NCBI GenBank assembly: GCA_027731085.1
Contig: JAQCDG010000001.1
Span: 5,179-69,178 of the forward strand
DNA length: 64,000 nt
From: Actinomycetota bacterium
GTDB lineage: Bacteria > Actinomycetota > Acidimicrobiia > Acidimicrobiales > Ilumatobacteraceae
Reading direction: 5' to 3'
Shown here: piece by piece, positions 41,264-51,528 of the stretch
Layout: each line of letters starts with the position of its first letter
How positions within the stretch are numbered: the stretch's first letter is position 1
Position numbers and translations under genes: made by a program
Notes under the pieces: model-generated
The model's database searches: none
Told to the model about the DNA's origin: nothing
Seen by the model: the letters and a program-made list of their open reading frames with translations, nothing else

Positions 41264-43519
41264 TCATCTCGACGCCGATGGATGGGCGACATCTTCACCT
41301 TCAATCACCGCAGATGCAACCCCAGGTAGCACACGATTCGCATCGTAAACGCCGTCGATGCGCTTAATCACTCGCAAAACTGATTGCAGATGACTTGGGT
41401 CAGCAAATTCGAATTCAAACCTCATTCGTGCCACCCGGTCAGCGCCAGTATTCGTGGTGCAAGAAACGATATTTACATGTTCATCTGAGAGAGCATTGGC
41501 AACATCACGCAACAGTCGCGAACGATCGAGAGCCTTGACTTCAACCGCAGCGATGAACATTGTGCTTGCCCCGTCAGAAGACCACTCGACATCGACAACG
41601 CGCGCCGAATCTTCGGCGAGCGCAGCGGCATTTGCACAATCGGCACGATGCACCGTCACACCGCGACCCTTTGTTACGAAGCCCATCACTTCGTCTGGTG
41701 GCACGGGCGTGCAGCATCGCGAAAGCCGAACCAACACATCGGGCATACCCTCGATATGCACGCCATTTTTTTGTGTTGACGTCAGGCTGTTACCGCCGAC
41801 CGATGACATTGAAAGTTGATCTGGCTGTTGACCATCACGCATTCGCATCGACATACGTTCAACTGTTGCTACAGCGTCAACCCGCTGATCACCAATCGCA
41901 GCAAAAAACTCATCCACATCTTCAAAGTTGAGGAGCTCTACTTCGTCTTGCAATACCTGAGAAGAAAGAATCTTTTGTGCAGGCAAACCTGCTTGACGCA
42001 AACGTTCGACTAGTTCGTCACGACCGTTTTCAACAAGGTCTTCAAGGCGCTCGCGAGTCAGCCATTGCTTAATTTTGCTGCGTGCCTTCGGAGAGACCAC
42101 GAAATCGAGCCATTCTTTTGTCGGCTCGCTCGTCTCGCCTTGCGATACAAGAATCTCACAAGTGTCACCAGATGAAAGTTTGTAGTCAAGCGGAACCAAT
42201 CGACCGTTGACACGCGCGCCCATGCAACTGTGACCCACCTCGGTGTGCACGGAATATGCAAAATCTACTGGCGTCGACATAACTGGAAGTGTGATCACTC
42301 GTCCTTTCGGAGTAAACACGAATAACTCATCTTGTTCAAGATCGGTCTTCAAGATCTCTAAAAACTGACTCGGGTCAGATACTTCGCCTTGCCAGTCGAT
42401 AATTCGATTCAGCCAATCAATATCGCCTTCGCCGACGGTGTCTTTGTAAGCCCAGTGAGATGCGACACCCCATTCTGCTCGTTGATGCATTTCTTGTGTG
42501 CGAATCTGTACTTCAATTGGTTTTCCACCGGGCCCAACAACAGTTGTATGTAGCGATTGATACAAATTAAATTTTGGCATCGCAATGTAATCTTTGAATC
42601 GACCAACTATCGGCTTCCAATGACCGTGAATGGCGCCAAGCACCGTGTAACAATCTTTTTCTGATTGAACGACGATTCGAATTGCCAATAGATCGTAGAT
42701 GTCGTCGAACTCGCGACTTTTTTGAACCATCTTTTCGTAGATACTCCAAAGATGTTTGCCACGAGCGGTGAGTTCGGCTTTGATTTTTACTTCGTCGAGC
42801 CACTGCTGAACCTGACCGATAGTTTTTGCTAGATACACGTTTCGTTCGGGTGCACGAGTGGCCACAAGATGATCAAGTTCTGCATAACGCTTGGGATATA
42901 GAGCAGCAAAGGCCAAGTCTTCAAGTTGCTGTTTGATTTCTTGCATACCGAGTCTGTGGGCCAACGGTGCATAAATGTCGAGAGTCTCTTGAGCGACTCT
43001 CTGCTGCTTTTCGTGTGGTACCGCGGCAATCGTGCGCATGTTGTGCAATCGATCTGCAAGTTTGATCATCAACACGCGCAAGTCGCGCGCCATTGCCACC
43101 AACATTTTGCGCATTGTCGCAGCCTGCTGTGCCTCTTTCGAATCGAACTGCAGACGTTCAAGTTTGGTTACGCCGTCGACGATGGCTGAAACCTCGCTGC
43201 CAAAATTTCTTTCGACATCAGAAATTGTTATCTCAGTGTCTTCAACGGCATCATGCAACAGTGCAGCAACGATCGAAACTTCGTCAAGACCGATGTCGGC
43301 GACAATCCGGGCAACAGCAATTGGATGATTGATGTACAGCTCACCGCTCGAACGATTTTGATTCGCATGTGCTGATCGAGCCATTTCGTACGCTGTATTA
43401 ATCAGCGAAACCGATCCCTTTGGATGTCTCGACTTATAGGCGGTCAGCAGCGGCGAAAGCTCTTCGGCAATCGTTGTATTTTGGCGCCGCCACGGCAGCA
43501 CCCTCGATGAGGTGGCCAT
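41264..43519 (-). CDS. relA: bifunctional (p)ppGpp synthetase/hydrolase (RelA/SpoT homologue)
   Basis: 751 aa with an HD hydrolase domain (LLHDAVEDT), a synthetase domain (DLLAIRIVV..YQSLHTTV), and TGS and ACT-like C-terminal domains. Confidence 0.93.
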   Translation of the reverse strand: MATSSRVLPWRRQNTTIAEELSPLLTAYKSRHPKGSVSLINTAYEMARSAHANQNRSSGELYINHPIAVARIVADIGLDEVSIVAALLHDAVEDTEITISDVERNFGSEVSAIVDGVTKLERLQFDSKEAQQAATMRKMLVAMARDLRVLMIKLADRLHNMRTIAAVPHEKQQRVAQETLDIYAPLAHRLGMQEIKQQLEDLAFAALYPKRYAELDHLVATRAPERNVYLAKTIGQVQQWLDEVKIKAELTARGKHLWSIYEKMVQKSREFDDIYDLLAIRIVVQSEKDCYTVLGAIHGHWKPIVGRFKDYIAMPKFNLYQSLHTTVVGPGGKPIEVQIRTQEMHQRAEWGVASHWAYKDTVGEGDIDWLNRIIDWQGEVSDPSQFLEILKTDLEQDELFVFTPKGRVITLPVMSTPVDFAYSVHTEVGHSCMGARVNGRLVPLDYKLSSGDTCEILVSQGETSEPTKEWLDFVVSPKARSKIKQWLTRERLEDLVENGRDELVERLRQAGLPAQKILSSQVLQDEVELLNFEDVDEFFAAIGDQRVDAVATVERMSMRMRDGQQPDQLSMSSVGGNSLTSTQKNGVHIEGMPDVLVRLSRCCTPVPPDEVMGFVTKGRGVTVHRADCANAAALAEDSARVVDVEWSSDGASTMFIAAVEVKALDRSRLLRDVANALSDEHVNIVSCTTNTGADRVARMRFEFEFADPSHLQSVLRVIKRIDGVYDANRVLPGVASAVIEGEDVAHPSASR

Positions 43520-43534
43520 GTCTAAAGCGTAGTG

Positions 43535-44671
43535 CTAACGGCGTTTTTTTCGGGGTCGCGGTGGGTGCGTCAAAACAGCAGTAACTCGTTTTTCGGAGTT
43601 GCTGGTTGCCGATTGCTTTGATTCTGAAGCCAGATCGCTTGTGCCAGATGCATCAGCAGTCATTTTTAACTTTTCACCCGAGCCCCTAAGTTCTGACAGT
43701 GCGCCACCGGTTGCAACCTGCCCCCTAAAAGGTCGGTATTTCGGTTCATCGCGCTTAAGCAAATCTAAGAGCGGAACTGCGACAAAAATCGATGAGTAAG
43801 TGCCAGCCAGCATGCCTACCAAGAGCGCAACTGCAAATTCTTCAAGACTCTTTGCCCCAAGAATAAATGAGCCGACGACCAACAACGAGATTACGGGTAA
43901 CGCCGATGAGAGCGTCGTGTTAAGCGACCGCGCAAGCACTTCATTGGTCGAAATGTTGGCGATGTTGGCAAACGATTGACGTGATGTGGCAAACTTTTCT
44001 GCATTTTCTTGAACTCGATCGAAAACAACCACGGTGTCGTACAGCGAGTAGCCCAAGATCGTCAAGAAAGCAACGACTGTCGCGGGTGTTACTTCAAAGC
44101 CAAACAGCGAATACACGCCAACACTGATCAATACGTCATGAACCATCGCGACGAATGCCGCAATTGCCATCTTCCATTCAAGACGCCAAGAGATATAAAG
44201 AGAAACAATTACAAAGAACGCAATCAGGGCTCGAATTGCTTTTTCAGTGATGCTGCGACCCCAAGACGAACTAACTGAAGCAACGCTCACCTCTTCGACT
44301 TCAACTTTGGCTAGCTCAGCAAAAGATTGCTGAACAGCAAGGCGAATTGCCTCAGATTGATCTCCAACTTGAACTCGCATCACTTGCAACTCGCTGCCTG
44401 TCAAGAATTGAATCTTGGCGTTTGATGCCTCTACATTGTTGGCGCCAAGAATATCTCGCGCATCTTGATCGGTCAGAGAACCGGCAGGCACCTCCCATGC
44501 AACGCCACCGCGAAAGTCGATGCCAAGTTCAAGACCTTGAAACAGCAACGACACTGCCCCGGCGAGAACAATTATTAGTGAAACTGTGAGACCAAAAATG
44601 CGCTTACCAATGAAGTCGAACGTTGTCTCGCCACGATAGAGCCGCCCAAAACCCGCAAAGAAGGTTTTCAT
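43535..44671 (-). CDS. secF: protein translocase subunit SecF
   Basis: Starts at MKTFFAGFGRLYRGETTFDFIGKR. The ATG at 44671 overlaps the secD TAA by 1 nt. The longer ORF-track N-terminus lies inside secD. Confidence 0.9.
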   Translation of the reverse strand: MKTFFAGFGRLYRGETTFDFIGKRIFGLTVSLIIVLAGAVSLLFQGLELGIDFRGGVAWEVPAGSLTDQDARDILGANNVEASNAKIQFLTGSELQVMRVQVGDQSEAIRLAVQQSFAELAKVEVEEVSVASVSSSWGRSITEKAIRALIAFFVIVSLYISWRLEWKMAIAAFVAMVHDVLISVGVYSLFGFEVTPATVVAFLTILGYSLYDTVVVFDRVQENAEKFATSRQSFANIANISTNEVLARSLNTTLSSALPVISLLVVGSFILGAKSLEEFAVALLVGMLAGTYSSIFVAVPLLDLLKRDEPKYRPFRGQVATGGALSELRGSGEKLKMTADASGTSDLASESKQSATSNSEKRVTAVLTHPPRPRKKRR

Positions 44672-46308
44672 TAAAACACCTCCGGCTTCACCGTTTGAAC
44701 GCCAAGAATTTTGCGGCCTTGTGCGCCTTTTGAACGTGCATAAAGAAGAACCGCACTTCTTGTAAAGAAGAACGTCACAATAATGTCGGTCAGCGCAGAA
44801 ATACCCAAGAAGAATGCAAAGCCGCGAACCGAGCCGACGGTGAGATACCACAACACTATTGCGGCAATAAACGAAACCGTATCGGCTGCGACGATTGTGC
44901 GCCATGCTGACTCAAAACTACGCAGTGCAGAATTTTTAAGAGTCTTACCCGCTCGAATTTCATCTTTTATTCGTTCAAAAAATACGATATATGAGTCAAC
45001 AGCGATGCCGATCGAAACAATGATTCCGGCGATGCCTGATAACGAAAGTGCAAGACCATTGCTGCGAGAAAGAAAAGAAATCACGCTCCACAAGAGCGCA
45101 ACTGAGATGGTCAAGCCTGCAAGCACGAAGAGTGCCATTAGTTTGTAGTACGCAAGCAAAAGCAAAGCAACCAACAACAAGCCGACTAGCCCAGAGATTA
45201 AGGCGGCGCGAAGCGAGTCTGAACCCAATGTTGCCGACACGGTCTGTGCTTGCGATACGCCAAAGCGCACTGGCACCGCACCGAACTCAAGAATTTTGGC
45301 CAGGTCACGAGCCTCTTCGGGCGTGAACGAACCTGTGATTTGCACAGTTCCGCCGGTGAACTCCGGTTCATTGACCGACGGTGCCGAAATCACTGTGCCG
45401 TCGAGCACCATCGCAAGTTGCCCTGTCGGACATTCGGCAGTTCTGTTGAAACATGCAGCGGCGAGCCGGTTCCATAATTGGTCGCCGTCAGGACCACTGC
45501 GCAAACCAACGACTACGGCCCACTGTCCAGATTCAACATCGGCTCGTGCATCATTATTGAAAACTTTGCCCGATGCGCCGGCAGGACCAACTACATAGGC
45601 AATGCCTTGCTTGTCAAGCAACAGCACAGTTTGCGTCGGGTCGTTGGGGTCATCACCAAGTTTAAGAGTCGGCACCTCATCTTGGGATACCTCGGTCGAA
45701 ACCGCAACCGATGTATCGGTGCTCGCAACTTGCGTTGAACTAGTCGCGGGGTCGACAACGGTTGCTGAAGTATCAGGGATAGTTGTCGCTGAAGAAATAG
45801 TTCGTGACTTAGAAGCGGTTTTTGATGCACCAGGGCCACCCGAGACTTTGCCCGCACCGTCTTCGACAGAGTCAGATGTCGATTCTGGCAATGTTGTTTC
45901 ACTTGTCGGCACGGTTGTCTCAGTCGTCGGCACGCTTGTATCTGGGTTTTCATTCAGCATGCCCGATTGCAGAACAGGCCGCAACAAAAGCTCGCCCGTA
46001 CGACCAATAATGTCAAGCGCCTGTTGCTGATCTTTGACACCAGGCAAGTTGACGATTACGGTGCTGCCTTGCAAAATAATTTCAGGCTCGGCGACACCAA
46101 TTGAGTCGACTCGTGCACGAATGATTTCGACCGCAACATCGAGACCCGCTGGATCGAAATCGCCATCAGGCTGCAATGTAACCGACGCGCCGCCCTGCAA
46201 GTCGAGACCAAGAGCAGGTGTATTGCCGGCAACCAAGTTCGCAACTAAGCCCGTTGCAACTATGACGATCAACAGTGTCAATGAAATGATGTGTCGGCGC
46301 TTATTCAT
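44671..46308 (-). CDS. secD: protein translocase subunit SecD (with a ~90 aa S/T/P-rich insert)
   Basis: 545 aa with N-terminal TM, GLDLQGGASV, and a C-terminal 5-TM block (GIAVDSYIVFFERIKDE). The low-complexity insert spans residues ~119-210. Confidence 0.9.
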   Translation of the reverse strand: MNKRRHIISLTLLIVIVATGLVANLVAGNTPALGLDLQGGASVTLQPDGDFDPAGLDVAVEIIRARVDSIGVAEPEIILQGSTVIVNLPGVKDQQQALDIIGRTGELLLRPVLQSGMLNENPDTSVPTTETTVPTSETTLPESTSDSVEDGAGKVSGGPGASKTASKSRTISSATTIPDTSATVVDPATSSTQVASTDTSVAVSTEVSQDEVPTLKLGDDPNDPTQTVLLLDKQGIAYVVGPAGASGKVFNNDARADVESGQWAVVVGLRSGPDGDQLWNRLAAACFNRTAECPTGQLAMVLDGTVISAPSVNEPEFTGGTVQITGSFTPEEARDLAKILEFGAVPVRFGVSQAQTVSATLGSDSLRAALISGLVGLLLVALLLLAYYKLMALFVLAGLTISVALLWSVISFLSRSNGLALSLSGIAGIIVSIGIAVDSYIVFFERIKDEIRAGKTLKNSALRSFESAWRTIVAADTVSFIAAIVLWYLTVGSVRGFAFFLGISALTDIIVTFFFTRSAVLLYARSKGAQGRKILGVQTVKPEVF

Positions 46309-46348
46309 TAAGAGTCAGACAATCTCTATTTTGTTAGAACTTGAAATT

Positions 46349-46711
46349 TCACTCAGCAGGCTTTGATGAAGCAGAGACTTTGCGGGAAACTGAGCCTTTG
46401 GCTACACGAACTTCGACTTTCTCGGCGATTTCAATCCATAGCCAATCATCTTCAACTGCAGAGACCCAACCATAGATGCCAGAGTTGAGTACGACTTCGT
46501 CGCCCTCGGCAATGCTTGATTGCAAATTTGCAGTTTCTTTTTGACGTTTACGTTGAGGACGCAGCAGCAGAAAATACATCGCTGCAAAAATCAGTACCAA
46601 GGGCAAGAAACTAAGAATTGGATTTGTGGCTTTTTCGTCAGCCGCAGCACCCACGAGATTTGGTAAAACGGTCGAAAACAACGAATTGATGATTAAAGAC
46701 ATAGCAAGCAA
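46349..46711 (-). CDS. yajC: preprotein translocase subunit YajC
   Basis: 120 aa with LPLVLIFAAMYFLLLRPQRKRQKE and EGDEVVLNSGIYG. The start is either TTG 46711 or ATG 46702. Confidence 0.82.
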   Translation of the reverse strand: MLAMSLIINSLFSTVLPNLVGAAADEKATNPILSFLPLVLIFAAMYFLLLRPQRKRQKETANLQSSIAEGDEVVLNSGIYGWVSAVEDDWLWIEIAEKVEVRVAKGSVSRKVSASSKPAE

Positions 46712-46720
46712 GTCTAGGGG

Positions 46721-47839
46721 TTATGCCTTCTCGTTCGCAGAGCCTGCCCATACAGCCAATAACGACTTTCTCAGACTGGCGAACTCACCTTTAGCGATCG
46801 CGTCGCGCATTTGTTGCATCAGGTTCAAAGTAAACGCAATGTTGTGCATCGAAACAAGTCGTGCGGCAGTTGGCTCGTTGACTTGAAAAAGATGCCGAAT
46901 ATAACCGCGTGTATGTCGCTGACAAACTGGGCAAACGCACTGCAAATCAATGGGGTCTTGACTCGTCGAAAACTCTGCACGCGTGATATTTAGTTTGCCA
47001 CTTGAAGTGAGCGCGGTTCCGTGGCGACCGATTCGTGTTTGCATCACGCAATCAAACTGATCGACGCCCAAATTTACCGCCTCAACTAGTGACGCTGGGT
47101 CACCAACGCCCATCAAATATCTTGGGCGATCGTGTGGCAGGTGTTCTATCGCCGCGGCAAGTGCGACCAACATTTCTTCGCGGGTCTCACCCACCGACAA
47201 TCCGCCTATTCCGTAACCATCAAACTCAAGGTTCGCAGTGATCTTTGCGCTCTCTTGACGCAACACGGGGTCGATACCACCCTGCACGATGCCGAACAAA
47301 CTTTGGTCAGCACGCGTGTGCGTTGCTTTGGCTCGAGCCGCCCAATTAGATGTGCGCTTCAGTGCAAGTTTGATCACTTCATCGGTCGAAGGCAACGGAG
47401 GGCAAACATCAAGAACCATTTGAATGTCTGCTCCGAGAAGTTGCTGTGTTCGCACCGCCGATTCGGGAGTAAACCGATGCATCGAACCGTCATATGTCGA
47501 CCGAAACGAAACACCATCGTCGTCGACATCTGGACTCAAAGAAAACACCTGAAAACCACCAGAATCTGTCAGAGTTAAACCCTTCCAACCAGCAAACTCA
47601 CCAAGACCACCCATGTCTGACACGACTTGAGCGCCAGGTCTCAACATCAAGTGATATGTGTTGCCGAGCACAATTCGCGCACCGAGCTGTTCATAATCTT
47701 GGGAACTTAAATGTCGAATCGCGCCACGAGTGCCAACTGGCATGAAGCATGGCGTTTCGTATTCTCCACGATGTGTTGTCGCCACGCCTGCGCGCGCCAA
47801 TTGTTCGCGAGCAGTTTCACGAAATCGAACGGCGAACAT
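46721..47839 (-). CDS. tgt: tRNA-guanine transglycosylase (queuine tRNA-ribosyltransferase)
   Basis: 372 aa with FMPVGT, LGNTYHL, TDSGGFQV, and the zinc site CVCPVCQRHTRGYIRHL. Confidence 0.93.
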   Translation of the reverse strand: MFAVRFRETAREQLARAGVATTHRGEYETPCFMPVGTRGAIRHLSSQDYEQLGARIVLGNTYHLMLRPGAQVVSDMGGLGEFAGWKGLTLTDSGGFQVFSLSPDVDDDGVSFRSTYDGSMHRFTPESAVRTQQLLGADIQMVLDVCPPLPSTDEVIKLALKRTSNWAARAKATHTRADQSLFGIVQGGIDPVLRQESAKITANLEFDGYGIGGLSVGETREEMLVALAAAIEHLPHDRPRYLMGVGDPASLVEAVNLGVDQFDCVMQTRIGRHGTALTSSGKLNITRAEFSTSQDPIDLQCVCPVCQRHTRGYIRHLFQVNEPTAARLVSMHNIAFTLNLMQQMRDAIAKGEFASLRKSLLAVWAGSANEKA

Positions 47840-47880
47840 GCGACTACACGGTATCTAGTTGTCGCTTATAAAAATGATGC

Positions 47881-48900
47881 TCAAATTAAATGCCGATTCA
47901 GGAGCATCGCATCACCGAACGAAAGCATGCGATATCGCTCAGTGATTGCGCCTGCGTAAAGATCACGCCAGCGTGAACCGATAAAAGCATCAATCATCAT
48001 TAATAGCGTCGTACGAGGCATGTGAAAATTCGTCAACATTAAATCAACAACTTTAAACTCATACCCCCGAGAAATGAACATCTTGGTTCGCCCAGTCAAC
48101 ACACCATTTGTGGCCGCAGATTCGAGAGCACGAGTCGCTGTGGTGCCGACTGCAATTACGCGATCGGCAGATTTGCACTCGTCAAGAGTTTCTTGACTAA
48201 CGCGATAAAATTCGCTGTGCATCGGATGATCAAGTGGATTCGGCGCCGTTACCGGGGCGAAAGTGTCGAGACCCACAGTTAGATCAACAGTCAGAATCTT
48301 TATGCCAGCATCTTTCAGCTCAGACATAAGTCTTGGTGTGAAATGCAAACCAGCCGTCGGTGCCGCCGCTGAGCCTGGCCGATTTGCATAAACAGTTTGA
48401 TATCGATCTGGCTGATCAAGTCGCCTTGCGATGTAAGGCGGCAGAGGCATCTCACCGTATTTATCTAATAGAGCTTGTATCTCTGCCTGCGTCTGACCTG
48501 AAAGCTCAACAGTAAATGTGTCACCTGATTCGGTGCGCGCGCCAATATGCACGATCTCAGAATCGTCACTAGCAAAAAGCGATTCGCCAAGTTTAAGACG
48601 CTTTGCCGGCCGAATTAACGCCTCCCAAATAGATGGCGAAGTCTTGCTTTGTTCAAGCAGCAAAAGTTCGGCTGCGCCACCGGACTTTCGTTTCAAACGT
48701 AATCGCGCCGGAATAACTTTTGTGTCATTGACCACCACAACATCACCTGGCTGACAGAACTCGATGAAATCTTTTACATGACGGTGCAACGGCAAACTCG
48801 AACCCTGATCGACCAACAGCCGCGCCACATCTCGTGGCTCAATTGGTGTTTGAGCGATTAACGCACTAGGCAATTCGTAATCAAAGTCTTCAATTCGCAC
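47881..48900 (-). CDS. queA: S-adenosylmethionine:tRNA ribosyltransferase-isomerase
   Basis: 339 aa starting MRIEDFDYELPSALIAQTPIEPRD, with AAPTAGLHFT and AVGTTATRALES. Confidence 0.95.
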   Translation of the reverse strand: MRIEDFDYELPSALIAQTPIEPRDVARLLVDQGSSLPLHRHVKDFIEFCQPGDVVVVNDTKVIPARLRLKRKSGGAAELLLLEQSKTSPSIWEALIRPAKRLKLGESLFASDDSEIVHIGARTESGDTFTVELSGQTQAEIQALLDKYGEMPLPPYIARRLDQPDRYQTVYANRPGSAAAPTAGLHFTPRLMSELKDAGIKILTVDLTVGLDTFAPVTAPNPLDHPMHSEFYRVSQETLDECKSADRVIAVGTTATRALESAATNGVLTGRTKMFISRGYEFKVVDLMLTNFHMPRTTLLMMIDAFIGSRWRDLYAGAITERYRMLSFGDAMLLNRHLI

Positions 48901-48912
48901 GAGACTTGAATC

Positions 48913-49932
48913 TTAAAATAATTCAGGAGCATTCGCAGGCGGTGTTTGGCCGAGATGTTGCCAGGCCAAGGGCATCGCCACCCTGCCGCGAGGAGTTCTC
49001 ACCAGCAAACCCTGCTGAATCAAAAACGGTTCATAGACATCTTCAATCGTCTCGGTTTGCTCGCTAACTGAGATCGCCAGCGTCGATAAACCAACTGGAC
49101 CACCTGCAAATTGTCGACACAGCGCCGACAAAATCGACCGATCAACTTTGTCAAGACCAAGTTCGTCTACGCCGAAAACCGCGAGGGCCTGACGCGCACT
49201 TTCTTTTGTCACATTGCCATCACCTCTTACTTCGGCGTGATCGCGCACACGACGCAACAGTCGGTTGGCGATTCGCGGTGTGCCCCGCGACCTACGAGCG
49301 ATTTCAAGTGCGCCATGTTTGTCGATCGGCACTTTCAAGATTCGCGCCGTACGCAAAACAATTTGCTCGAGTTCGTCGACTTCATAGAAATCGAGACGGG
49401 CGACGAGACCGAAGCGATCTCGCAACGGACCGGTGATCATGCCGGTGCGAGTCGTCGCGCCAATCAATGTGAACTTCGGCAAGGTCAAACGAATAGATGA
49501 AGCTGAAGGGCCCTTGCCCACGACAATATCGATTTGAAAGTCTTCCATTGCTGGATAAAGAATTTCTTCTACTTGTCGCGACAGGCGATGAATCTCGTCG
49601 ATGAACAAGACATCATTTACATCGAGTTTGGTGAGGATTGCCGCGAGATCACCTGCGCGTTCGAGTGCCGGACCCGAAGTGATGTGAATTTTTGCTGACA
49701 TCTCACTGGCAACGATGCCCGCCATGGTTGTCTTGCCCAAACCCGGCGGACCAGCAAGCAAAATATGATCTGCTGATTGTTCTCGTTTGCGTGCCGCTTC
49801 TAAAACGATGCCGAGGTGTTCTTTTAGTTCTCGTTGACCGACAAAATCATCAAGAGTTTTGGGGCGCAAACCAATATCATCGAGATCAGCCGGGTCGGTT
49901 GTGATCGCTGGATCTGTGAATTCTTCACGCAC
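48913..49932 (-). CDS. ruvB: Holliday junction branch migration ATPase RuvB
   Basis: 339 aa with [30 protein letters not shown] and [16 protein letters not shown]. Confidence 0.97.
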   Translation of the reverse strand: MREEFTDPAITTDPADLDDIGLRPKTLDDFVGQRELKEHLGIVLEAARKREQSADHILLAGPPGLGKTTMAGIVASEMSAKIHITSGPALERAGDLAAILTKLDVNDVLFIDEIHRLSRQVEEILYPAMEDFQIDIVVGKGPSASSIRLTLPKFTLIGATTRTGMITGPLRDRFGLVARLDFYEVDELEQIVLRTARILKVPIDKHGALEIARRSRGTPRIANRLLRRVRDHAEVRGDGNVTKESARQALAVFGVDELGLDKVDRSILSALCRQFAGGPVGLSTLAISVSEQTETIEDVYEPFLIQQGLLVRTPRGRVAMPLAWQHLGQTPPANAPELF

Positions 49933-50512
49933 GGCGCGCCCCCAACATGTTCAGCGCTTCGCGCAACATTAGTTCTGAGTCAGTGCCGACACTGATCTCG
50001 CGCAGAACATCTCGAATTTCTTCTGCTGAGTAGCCCAAGCCAGAAAGCGCATCGCGTACATCGCCGACACTTGACGAGCCACCCAACTGATTTGAAGATT
50101 CAAGAATGTTCAGATGCAGACGATTCTTGAGTTCGATCAAAAGGCGTTCAGCAGTTTTCTTGCCGACACCCGAGACAAGCGTCAATGCAGCAATATCTGC
50201 ACCCGCGACAATGTCGACCAAAGCTCTTGGCGAATGGGTCGCTAGCACCGCCATCGCCATGGTTGGACCTACGCCGTGTGTGCCGATCAAAACTTCAAAA
50301 CACTTTCGCTCGTCGCGATCGAGAAATGCATAAAGAGTTTGAGCATCTTCGCGAACATGATGATGCACATATAAAAATGCTTTTGATGTTGGCTCGAGTT
50401 CACCGAGAGTACGAGGGGTGACATGAACCAAGTAGCCGACACCGTTTACTTCGAGCAAAACGGTCGAGTCATTCGTGCGTTCAAGCACCACACCACGCAA
50501 TGAGCCGATCAC
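49925..50512 (-). CDS. ruvA: Holliday junction branch migration protein RuvA
   Basis: 195 aa starting MIGSLRGVV, with HhH motifs ([17 protein letters not shown]). Confidence 0.93.
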   Translation of the reverse strand: MIGSLRGVVLERTNDSTVLLEVNGVGYLVHVTPRTLGELEPTSKAFLYVHHHVREDAQTLYAFLDRDERKCFEVLIGTHGVGPTMAMAVLATHSPRALVDIVAGADIAALTLVSGVGKKTAERLLIELKNRLHLNILESSNQLGGSSSVGDVRDALSGLGYSAEEIRDVLREISVGTDSELMLREALNMLGARRA

Positions 50513-51039
50513 TTTTTGCCTCTTGCCAACTCAGCCACTTTTGTCGCCATTGGGCTGGATGCAATATGACACAACGCAATCGCGGCGGCATCTGCAGCAT
50601 CTGCCGGCTTTGGTAGTGAATTTAATTTGAGTCTCTGCATGACCATCTTTTGCACCTGCGCTTTGTCGGCACCACCCCAACCAGTTATCGCAAGTTTCAC
50701 TTGATTTGGCGAATATTGCACGACTTCGACGCCACGTCGCGCCGCGGCACTCAACACGAGACCGCTGACTTGTCCGACACTCATTGCCGTTCGCACATTC
50801 GATTGAAAAAATATACGCTCAACTGCGACAACAGATGGTTGATAATCGTCAAGCAGAGAGTCGATCTCAAAAGCGATCTCGGCGAGACGATGCGCCAGTT
50901 CTTGTTCGGGCTTGGTGCGCAAAACACCCAATGCCATCATTGAGACTTCGGTATTGCCCTCAACTTGCAAGACCGCGTAGCCACAACGGGTTAAGCCAGG
51001 ATCGATGCCAAGAACATTGCATGGACGCTGGGCGAACAT
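50509..51039 (-). CDS. ruvC: crossover junction endodeoxyribonuclease RuvC
   Basis: 176 aa with LGIDPGLTRCGYAV, AVERIFF and ADAADAAAIALCH. Confidence 0.93.
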   Translation of the reverse strand: MFAQRPCNVLGIDPGLTRCGYAVLQVEGNTEVSMMALGVLRTKPEQELAHRLAEIAFEIDSLLDDYQPSVVAVERIFFQSNVRTAMSVGQVSGLVLSAAARRGVEVVQYSPNQVKLAITGWGGADKAQVQKMVMQRLKLNSLPKPADAADAAAIALCHIASSPMATKVAELARGKK

Positions 51040-51063
51040 ATGTTCATCTTAGTCTGCGCCTGT

Positions 51064-51525
51064 CTAGGCTGATGCGACCGCCTCGATCAGTTCGCTGACT
51101 GGGCGAAAGGTCACTCCGAGCAGGGCCCGATGGGCATATTTGATCACCCCAGCGGCATCAATTACGAAAACACTGCGCCGCGGCAAACCGAGTAAACCCA
51201 CAACCGAATAAAGCTTGGCGACCGTTTTTTCAGTATCTGCAAGTAGCGGAAACTCGAACCGATGCTTGGCGCTAAACGCCTCATGGCTGGCGATGTCTTG
51301 CGCCGAAATAGCCAAAATCTGAGCGTTGACTTTCGCGAACTGCTGCAATTCGTTGTTGTAAGAGCAGAGTTGCTTGGTGCAAACCAGAGTTTCGTCTCCT
51401 GGATAAAAAACCAATACGACTGTTTGTCCCCGAAATTGCGACAACGAATAGTTCTTGTTTGCTGTGCCAGGCAATGTGAAGTCTGGTGCGAAGTCGCCAA
51501 CCCCCATAGGTTGTGTTGTAGCCAT
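51064..51525 (-). CDS. bcp: thiol peroxidase, Bcp/PrxQ-type peroxiredoxin
   Basis: 153 aa with [11 protein letters not shown] and [18 protein letters not shown] (peroxidatic/resolving Cys spacing). Confidence 0.88.
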   Translation of the reverse strand: MATTQPMGVGDFAPDFTLPGTANKNYSLSQFRGQTVVLVFYPGDETLVCTKQLCSYNNELQQFAKVNAQILAISAQDIASHEAFSAKHRFEFPLLADTEKTVAKLYSVVGLLGLPRRSVFVIDAAGVIKYAHRALLGVTFRPVSELIEAVASA

Positions 51526-51528
51526 GGT

